From Candidatus Berkelbacteria bacterium (GTDB lineage: Bacteria; Patescibacteriota; UBA1384; XYA2-FULL-43-10; CAINNR01), in NCBI GenBank assembly GCA_026397235.1, contig JAPLVG010000016.1, positions 4,121 through 50,980 on the forward strand: a DNA stretch of 46,860 bases, written 5' to 3'. The notes beneath the pieces are model-generated. The model saw nothing but the letters and a program-made list of their open reading frames with translations, was not told the DNA's origin and did no database searches. Positions within the stretch are counted from its first letter, which is position 1; every line of letters starts with the position of its first letter. A program made the position numbers and the translations under genes. Positions 46,701 to 46,860 of the stretch are shown here, one piece after another.

Positions 46701-46817
46701 GACTTACGCGATGGAGTCCAAGCTTTAGCTTGTTATCCAACACGCCATTCGACATTGCTCATGGTCTGAGTGAAATCGAACGACTAAAGCGTGGTCTCCG
46801 TGGATTTTGCGTAAGTC
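46701..46817. repeat. triply nested REP-like palindromes
   Basis: Outer GACTTACGC/GCGTAAGTC; middle GGAG.CCA.GCTTTAG/CTAAAGC.TGG.CTCC; inner TTCGA..CTCA/TGAG..TCGAA. Confidence 0.7.
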
Positions 46818-46860
46818 ATATATAATATAATCTTTAATCAAAAAATGCCCGGGTCGCGGG

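Overview
AT-rich bacterial chromosomal window that looks like Patescibacteria/CPR. This is an inference from compact housekeeping genes, many leaderless extended -10 promoters, ORFans, cohesin/dockerin surface proteins and a PaaX/Cas2-like gene. The core backbone is family-4 UDG (3' end), rnj, ftsK, rodZ-like, recA, recX, ppsA, rbr, ppaC, dnaG, rpoD, three ABC transporter operons, VIT1 and NUDIX. Self-contained ORFan units are interspersed, and there is a ~10 kb surface-protein block (30.9-40.5 kb). Non-coding highlights: (1) a tRNA-Asn(GUU) split at anticodon position 35/36 by a 542-nt group I intron carrying an HNH endonuclease in its P1 loop; (2) a DUF3800 gene with a convergent, independently promoted structured sRNA, inserted between two versions of the recX 5' end; (3) a wHTH+Cas2-like gene bracketed by identical 34-bp palindromic direct repeats, with two more copies bracketing an AbrB-ABC operon; (4) a (CTA)19 tract lying in register between a -35 and a -10 box; (5) several REP-like palindrome families that nest in each other and also sit in frame inside protein linkers. 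There is also an intact tRNA-Ser(GGA). Four genes have single frameshifts that look like assembly indels. No CRISPR array, integrase or rRNA is visible.
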